DNA of 63,779 nt, the filler included, from Salisapilia sapeloensis CBS 127946 (taxonomy: Eukaryota; Protista; Oomycota), in NCBI GenBank assembly GCA_023334545.1. It is 13 parts of 13 records of this genome, joined end to end, with 100 filler letters (N's around TTAATTAATTAA, not from the genome) between each part and the next. Parts side by side here need not be neighbours in the genome. Positions count along the whole stretch, not along the records: positions 56,662 to 59,552 come from JAADVB010000828.1; positions 59,653 to 62,395 come from JAADVB010000855.1; positions 62,496 to 63,779 come from JAADVB010001214.1; 10 more parts are not named here. One strand, written 5' to 3'. Positions 56,782 through 63,779 of this stretch are shown piece by piece (within the stretch, counting starts at the first letter, position 1; each line of letters opens with the position of its first letter). Below the pieces are notes generated by a model. The model had not been told where the DNA came from, did no database searches, and saw nothing but the letters and a program-made list of their open reading frames with translations. The position numbers were made by a program, and so were the translations under genes.

Positions 56782-59339
56782 GTAAGTTTAGTTCATTTGC
56801 ATCAAGAAAACGTACAGTCATGTGAAAGCCTTACGCGAGCCACGTACAAACATAAAGAAGATATCATCCAAGGCTTCTTGGGTCGATCGGTCGTTCATAC
56901 CCAATGGGCGAAGTGATTTCAAATGACGAACGCGTGAAAAACGAGATGGAGATGCTCATTGGGTGCGAGTGGAAACGTACGCTTGCTTTTGTCCTGCATC
57001 ATCACAAGATCAAGATACTGCATTTTGCTTTTCAGACAGACGATACGGATGCGAACGATGACATCATTGACTGGATTAGCAGCAAGAAATGGGTTAAAGC
57101 GGCCACGTATTTGCATAGCTCGACTTTAATGCAGCATGATGGAATATCCGAAGACCTAGCAGCAGAGGGCGCATGCTATGATACGACTTTGACATTTACA
57201 CAAGCACCAATGACGGAAGGTCGGAGTCGGAAGTAGTCGACATTGAAAAGCCAAGGAAGAAAACACGACACACAGCTATGGAGATCCTGAACCCCGAGAA
57301 AATAGAGCGCGCTAAGAATATGGTCTTGAGCTAGGACGTTTAGGCAGTACGGAGCTAATCAATCTACTTTGCACCCATTTTCTCAGTGTCCCTGTATTGC
57401 GTTCATCTTATTTTATACTTTTACCACTAAAATCAGTAGAAGGATCGGCAGCATCAATTCGAAGAGAGTTGGATGTACCAGTTTGTTGATGCTTCGTCTA
57501 TGAAGACCACGGCCACCAGCTATTCCGCAAGACAGTTTTAATTTTCAAACTACACAAATATGGATGGCAAGTTTTTTATGATGTTAAATGTCCACTCTGA
57601 CACGCGCTAGTCGCTTACCGTCCTAATTGACCAATCGTCCTCGAGCATGCTTCTTGTGAATGCGAACTGGTGCAAAATGGTCTGTCGATCTTCGTGTGCT
57701 CAATTTAGGGAATGCCATTACTAGCTGCAAATTTGATCTTTATACTCTGTCTTTGTAGGGAACCAAAGGGGTATATTGTTAATTTTTGCTGGTACAATTT
57801 TGCATCAGCGGCCAACAGTTGTCTGCTTTACCATACATTGGCTCTGCAGTGGTCCACGAGGAGATCTGAAGGGTGTCTTCCTATATTCACCATGTCCGAG
57901 TTTGTACAACTAACTTGTCAGAATACCCTTCGTGCCACTGTGGCAGTAGTATTGCATCATATACTAGTCCGTGGAAGCACATGCGCTCGACGAGTCGATC
58001 TTTCTACAGAGTTTTCTTCTAAAATCCAATTAAAGTCCCGCACGGCGATCATTAAACGCAGATACGGGTCGCTTTTATGCTTCAATGATCATTCCAGTTT
58101 CGGAGTTAGCTATTTCTCTGAACCTTTTGATGATGACAATCAGGGCCGAACAGATACCGCGGACTCTCGACATCGAGTTAGGCTACGGATTGTAAAATAT
58201 TACGCATATGGTATCGTCACATATTTATATCTTACAGGGAGCAGAATTGAAGTATGGACGTTGGCTATTAGCCAGGCGATCGCTCCAACTCTAAGCGAGA
58301 TCGAACATCATTTTCCAATCCATTCAAAGTTAGGAAATGAGCAGACTCGGCTCCATCCTTCTGTGTTTGATGTTGAAACAGTGAGCAAGCTGCCGTTCGA
58401 AAGGTCGCTTCTTTGCCCGTCTTTATTCTAAGTCACCCCTATATCTGGCTTGAATCTATATTGGACCTAAGCGAGAGTTATGTGTACAAGTAAATATATG
58501 CGAAACCTCAATTTAAGCTGGATCTCTAGTAGCTGTAACCTCTCTTTAGACAATCTGTAAGCATCTAAGAGAGTGCGGATGAAGTGTCTGAGCATGATCC
58601 AGTCGATACTACCTTCCACGTTTTGGTATTTTCTATATTAATGAGACCTTGCGTTGTCGCATCATTTTCTAGCCTACCACTTTTGTAACTGAACAATCCA
58701 GTGGAAAGAGACACTTACGACTTGGCTCTAGTAACGGCTACTTTAAATCTATGGGAACAAAGGCCCGAAATTTAATACAGGTCTCACTTCTTACTGTCCT
58801 CGCTCACTGCCATCCTTGAAAGTCATGAGAGCTCGTCAAACAAATTAGGCAGTACACGTCAAAGAGATTTTAAATCTCAGCTATAACTTTTGTGCAAAAG
58901 ATAGAAACAATTCCTTGGAAAGTAGTTGATAGAAGGAAGCAAATTTGACCGACTAGTACAGACAACGTGCAAACGATGACCTTACAGGTACAGTCGCAAG
59001 TGAGCTGAAGGGGTGGGCTGGATTCAGAAGAGTCCAGATGGGTTAAGTCGTAGGAGAATACACTTCGGGTGTGGCAATTATGCGTGGTTGCTTATGAATG
59101 GATGCAACTTGGCCATATATCGCGCTGAAGACGATAATAAATACGATGCTTGTGGATTAGAATTTATAGGACACTCTTCGACTCTACGTAGGTCATGCTG
59201 ATTTAAAAGTCTCGACTAAGCCAAATGGATCGATTTCTTCGGATTGTGCTGCTGTATCTCATCGACTCCGAATGGGTACTCTCTGGATATATCTACTGGA
59301 CCGGTCTTGTCTCCTGCAAGTCCGTATTCAGCAACAGAT

Positions 59340-59354
59340 TCATTTTTCATTTTG
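59340..59354 (+). promoter_or_regulatory. Oomycete INR-FPR core promoter
   Basis: tcatttttcattttg matches the established TCATTYYNCAWTTT consensus, about 55-70 nt upstream of the ankyrin ATG. Confidence 0.65.
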
Positions 59355-59407
59355 ACCTTCCAAGCTCAAGTTTCCATTCGGCGCAACATCGAGTCGTGCT
59401 ACAAGGA

Positions 59408-59552
59408 ATGCCAATGTTTACGATCGACAGTACAAGCGAGAAGCTGTGGGAGTACGCTGCTGCAAGAAATATAGAAGGCGTTCGCAAGATGATTCGTGAG
59501 GGTGGAGAAGTGAACAAGCAGAATAAAGATGGCTGGACTCCGCTTCATAAGG
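59408..59552 (+). CDS. N-terminus of ankyrin-repeat protein (3' truncated)
   Basis: MPMFTIDSTSEKLWEYAAARNIEGVRKMIREGGEVNKQNKDGWTPLHK. Confidence 0.8.
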
Positions 59553-59652
59553 NNNNNNNNNNNNNNNNNNNNNNNNNNNNNNNNNNNNNNNNNNNNTTAA
59601 TTAATTAANNNNNNNNNNNNNNNNNNNNNNNNNNNNNNNNNNNNNNNNNNNN

Positions 59653-59676
59653 CCTATAACCTATAACCTATAACCT
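59653..59676. repeat. Telomere-like heptamer (CCTATAA)x3.4 at the contig 5' end
   Basis: cctataa cctataa cctataa cct are the first bases of the contig, followed by aaaccctatcacccta and a G-poor tract. Confidence 0.5.
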
Positions 59677-60077
59677 CCACTAGGGTCACAAACCCTATCA
59701 CCCTATTATTCTACTTTACACACACTACTTCCACCTACACATACTCTTTCATCATACTACTCTATGCTTGACATCTACACCATACTTCCAAACTACTTCC
59801 ACTCTTCAACAACATGAACCACACCATATCAACGCACTACCTTCCGCATCATCTATCTAGACCTTCCACACTACCAAACAACTACACATACTCCTACCTA
59901 ATCCACGCACACAGTCCCTTCACTTTCTCATCTCAGCGCTGTCGTATCTTTCGTAATCTTACCTTTTCTTGTATTCTACTCGTATCTCGTATGCATGTAG
60001 GACTCTCTATTGCCTTTCTGTTTGACCCTTATTCTCTTCGTTTGCAAGGTACTAGATCACACTCTGTATCTACCTCA

Positions 60078-60270
60078 TCTTTCTTGGATATCGCCGGATA
60101 TTTGTCGTCTTTCGTGGATCTGTCAGCATCCTCATCGTCTTTTGTGGATATCTCCGGATCTATGTCGTCTTTCGTGGATCTGTCAGCATCCTTGTCGTCT
60201 TTTGTGGATATTTACCAGGATATTTGTCGCCTTTTGTGGATAACTCCGGATCTATGTTGTCTTTCGTAGA
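60078..60270. repeat. About 30-bp minisatellite, roughly 6 degenerate units
   Basis: Recurring tcgtcttt(c/t)gtggat core, alternating ctgtcagcatcct and atctccggatcta variants. Confidence 0.88.
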
Positions 60271-60324
60271 TTTGCCTAAGAGCAGACCCAATTAGTTCAT
60301 AATCAAATTCGCCATCAAGAACCG

Positions 60325-62145
60325 ATGCGCACCAGATCCACCCGTCAACTGCCCTCACCTCCGTCTTCGCCTCCGCCACAGGAGGGCGAAGATCTAGACC
60401 GCTTTCACCCGATGGATCTGGATATTGACAGACTCGTTGTGAAAACCACACCTGCCTTCTTGCCGTGGTTTACCAAGTCTACCTTCGAGATTGGGCCTGC
60501 CTACGTTTCCTTCGAGGACATGGTTCTTGTTGCTTGGCGTCCTGGCTACGTGTACGCTGCGAAGCAGTACAGGGATGCTATCATCCGTCAGATCCGACGC
60601 CACTTCCTACGGCCTGAATTGGCTGCAGCGGGTCGATCGATGGCAATGCTTCAGCTTTCTCGTACACTGACTTCGACGGACCTCGCATACGTCCTCACCA
60701 CGGCTGGTGTGAAGAGGATTGCATACATTGAATACGCTATGAAGGCTCCGTTGGACTCGTATGCGTGGCTTGCCACCATCCCTGCGGAGTTAAAGCCACT
60801 GTTGACCCTAGACGTGGCTGCTGAAGTTGACTTCACCAGCCGCTCCTCAGAAGCCATGATTGGGCTTTGCCGTGGCCGCCGATTGACCGATTACAAAGTG
60901 CAGAACTATCCATTGTTTGCGACTTGTCAGAAGATGCCTTATTTTGGGTCTACATCCATGACTAAGCGTGGAAGGCATGATTCGCGCCTCCTAATGGCTA
61001 CTGTCTACTCCAAAATCGCGCATGTCTACAAGGCGGCCGTGTCGAAGCCAGTACCGCTGGAGCCTTCTAATCGGGTACTCCGCGACATCCATTATCGGGT
61101 TCGGCAGACTATTGACGCCTATGCGAAAGAGCCTGTTGATATGGGCGATATACGGTTCGAGCTACGCCTTCGTGTCGAAGATCCTTCCACGTTAGCGTTG
61201 ACGGCACTATACAACAGGCACTTTGCCTTTGTCTCGTCGAACCTACGCTACGGGCAAATCCCTCTCTCCATGGTGCTAGAAGCTTTTCCCATAAGCTTTC
61301 GGGTTCTCAAGGAGAGAAATTTGCTACGAGGTGATAACAACCACGAGTTTCCGGCTTGGAAACTACACTTGTATCATATCCTCCTTTCCCAGCTCGGAAT
61401 CTCTTCCGGACGATTCCGTTCGGCGCTTCTTCGGAACACCAGGGCCAAGCGAGCCGTCATTCGGGCTTTACAGCAAAATGGGATTGCTCCAGTTGCACTT
61501 GGGGCTGATGAAGATGTCTTGGAAGATTCACTGCCCACAGAAGAACAAGACATTCCTGCATCGGAACCATCTCAAGACCAGAACCCTCAGCCTACCTCCC
61601 AGCCTTCTCAAGATCAACAAGCTGCACCTGCTAATGAGGGTGTTAGCTACGACGAGGCGATTGACTTGGTTTCGATTGACAGCGACGTCGAGTTAGACGA
61701 AGTGGGGGACCAAGTACAAGAGCCGGATGTAGATGACGAGGAAGAGAAAGCGGAGGAAGCTGTCTATGACTGGTTAGATTCTTCATCTAGCTCTAGTGAT
61801 GGCAACGTCAGCATTGCATCTGACCACGGAAGCGATTCGAGCTCAAGTTCAAGTGAAGATAATGCGGCGGTTGAAGAGGAGACCCCACCAGACGTTCTGG
61901 ATGTCATTCAACGGCTTGACAGCATGTCATTCCTTGATGACCAACAGCATATCGATGCGATTGCCAAGTGTATGCTCGTGCGTACAAAGAGAAATTTCGG
62001 TGCAACGATCTACGTTGTTCGCGATGTTTTTGGCCGATTCGCATGTCAATCGTATGACCGAGATACTCTTCCACGGCTAATTTTCCAGAACTACGGACAT
62101 CAATGGCGTGAAGTCATCCAAATTCGTCCGGGTGACGATCTCTAG
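60325..62145 (+). CDS. Intronless 606-aa orphan protein (about 380-aa globular region, acidic linker, small C-terminal domain)
   Basis: Single long ORF with ATG and TAG; no family recognised with confidence. Confidence 0.75.
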   Translation: MRTRSTRQLPSPPSSPPPQEGEDLDRFHPMDLDIDRLVVKTTPAFLPWFTKSTFEIGPAYVSFEDMVLVAWRPGYVYAAKQYRDAIIRQIRRHFLRPELAAAGRSMAMLQLSRTLTSTDLAYVLTTAGVKRIAYIEYAMKAPLDSYAWLATIPAELKPLLTLDVAAEVDFTSRSSEAMIGLCRGRRLTDYKVQNYPLFATCQKMPYFGSTSMTKRGRHDSRLLMATVYSKIAHVYKAAVSKPVPLEPSNRVLRDIHYRVRQTIDAYAKEPVDMGDIRFELRLRVEDPSTLALTALYNRHFAFVSSNLRYGQIPLSMVLEAFPISFRVLKERNLLRGDNNHEFPAWKLHLYHILLSQLGISSGRFRSALLRNTRAKRAVIRALQQNGIAPVALGADEDVLEDSLPTEEQDIPASEPSQDQNPQPTSQPSQDQQAAPANEGVSYDEAIDLVSIDSDVELDEVGDQVQEPDVDDEEEKAEEAVYDWLDSSSSSSDGNVSIASDHGSDSSSSSSEDNAAVEEETPPDVLDVIQRLDSMSFLDDQQHIDAIAKCMLVRTKRNFGATIYVVRDVFGRFACQSYDRDTLPRLIFQNYGHQWREVIQIRPGDDL

Positions 62146-63779
62146 GAGTATCATTTTCTTTTCTTTCTTTCCTTTTTTCACTCTCATTTGTGGCGAGGAC
62201 TTCTAAACAACTCGTCGATAAAAAAAGAAAACTTTTCTTGCTTTCAATGCGACCAATTCATTTTGCTCTAAGCACATTCGTAGTCTGTAAACGAAGCTAA
62301 AGTACGAAACAAAACCACTACCTCACTTCGTCGACATACCTTCCTATTTTCTTCCAATACCTTGTGCATTTATAATTCTATAAAATCTATCCTTCNNNNN
62401 NNNNNNNNNNNNNNNNNNNNNNNNNNNNNNNNNNNNNNNTTAATTAATTAANNNNNNNNNNNNNNNNNNNNNNNNNNNNNNNNNNNNNNNNNNNNACAAG
62501 CACACGCACATGCACAGATGATCAGCACAGCATTCCTTCGCGCCCTTGCTCTCGATGGGTGCTCTTCACCACGATCATCCTGCCCCACGTACGTTGATGG
62601 CTATGGTGCAATCTTGTAGGACACCTATGCATACCTCGCACACCTCTTCCACTCGACTAGACGAACCAAGTCGGTATTGATATAGATAGTGTGCTGGATC
62701 TGATGAATGATCTGGTATGCTTAATCTGGTGGAGACGGAGGGGTGGCCATGACTGGGCATGCTACATCTAACTCCACTTTCACCCGACTAACAGCGAGGT
62801 TATGCTTGGAGAACATTGCAGAACCAAATAGCCATCTACTGCCCTCTCGCTCTCGACGTTGGAGCAGTCGAAAGCCCTTCGTACACATCCTGCCAGTGTG
62901 CTGATCAAGGCGATAGCGCCTGTGCTCATTGACGATGATGAACAGGACACTATCGTCTTCGGCAGCAAAGAAGGTAGTATAAAGAGCTAACAAAGGTGAT
63001 GAATACGAGTGAGGACTAGCAGAGCATGGTCGAACGCTTCGTGCAGTCGCCTCCATATGCTCGAAAGCGTGCGAAAGTGCTAGCTGTTGAATACAAAGAG
63101 CCCTCTCCAGCCACGGCTCGTATGCATCTGGATGCCGACTGGGTGGTCCGTGCATTCTTTTGGCGGGGTGAAGCTCCCCACGGGATGGAGATTAGCGAAA
63201 TAGAACATGAAAGATGTAGAAATGGACAGAGATGTCAACAGCGCTGGTATGCGCACATGTCATGCAGTGGACCAGGATAGAATCTAAATCGTCCAAGCAT
63301 TGAGTCGTGTCGAGGGCCCACTGCCACCCGCGAGGCAAGGAGCGCTGGTGCATGCTAGGATGAATGCAAAGTGCTGTCTGTTCGGTACAAGAAGCAATCT
63401 CGAGCCATAGATGGTACGCATCTAGGCTTTCACTGCCTGGACCTTGAAAGTGCTTTGCTAGGACGGAGACTATCAAGCTACAGCACGAGAGACGAAATCC
63501 AAATCTTGTAAGAGACTTCTCCCACACGTGACTCTCCACACATATCGTACAGTGAAGCAGAATCGACTACTCTTCTCCAAACCGCTTCCTTTTTTACTAG
63601 GCTCATTGCCAACCGGGAGATAAAGAGCATCGCTGTGGGATGCCAGTGCAATCTCATCGGTATATGCGTACGATTACCTCCTTGCTGGTATCTACAGGCT
63701 ATCGCGTTCAGAAAGACAGAAGGCTATCGACGGCCGACGGGAGCAGTTCACGGCTTGTCCGAAAAATGTAGGCGTCAGG

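Noticed and set aside
57712-58431. 239-aa ORF between the ankyrin fragments
   Set aside because: No recognisable motifs, atypical composition and a non-ATG-supported context; may be decayed sequence but cannot be supported as a gene.
60078-60270. Minisatellite as a CRISPR array
   Set aside because: Units are contiguous and degenerate with no unique spacers, there are no cas genes, and the context is eukaryotic.
62496-63779. Short ORFs in the last contig (62721-63155, 63026-63280, 63192-63539)
   Set aside because: Overlapping, mutually inconsistent and without recognisable domains; left unannotated.

Overview
This window is not one locus. It is 13 draft-assembly contigs joined by 12 artificial 100-bp linkers (44 N + TTAATTAATTAA + 44 N). 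The DNA is from a compact, short-intron eukaryote, almost certainly an oomycete. Support: elicitin-like, GH81, START-FYVE, WRKY19-like zinc-finger and thaumatin-mucin genes, plus an oomycete INR-FPR core promoter match. Housekeeping genes include cytochrome b5 reductase, gamma-SNAP, MCM9, SSU72, eIF5B, an ABCA transporter, HSF and TAZ factors, TANGO6, tRNA-Asn, and fragments of CHIP and MDH. The main points of interest are five. (1) Three contigs end in perfect inverted repeats of exactly 141 bp, the signature of single-copy segments nested in longer inverted duplications in a k=141 de Bruijn assembly. One of the three is a 2.3-kb ORF-free, very AT-rich core with a central strand-skew switch, a candidate small centromere or origin. 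(2) A GH31 enzyme retains the full QQRWY sulfonate-binding motif of bacterial sulfoquinovosidases. (3) One contig starts with a non-canonical telomere-like (CCTATAA)n, followed by a 30-bp minisatellite and a 606-aa orphan ORF. (4) There is a PH-PGAM5-like phosphatase fusion. (5) A truncated TANGO6 runs into a decayed ubiquitin-protease pseudogene. All family calls come from motif recognition only; no searches were run.
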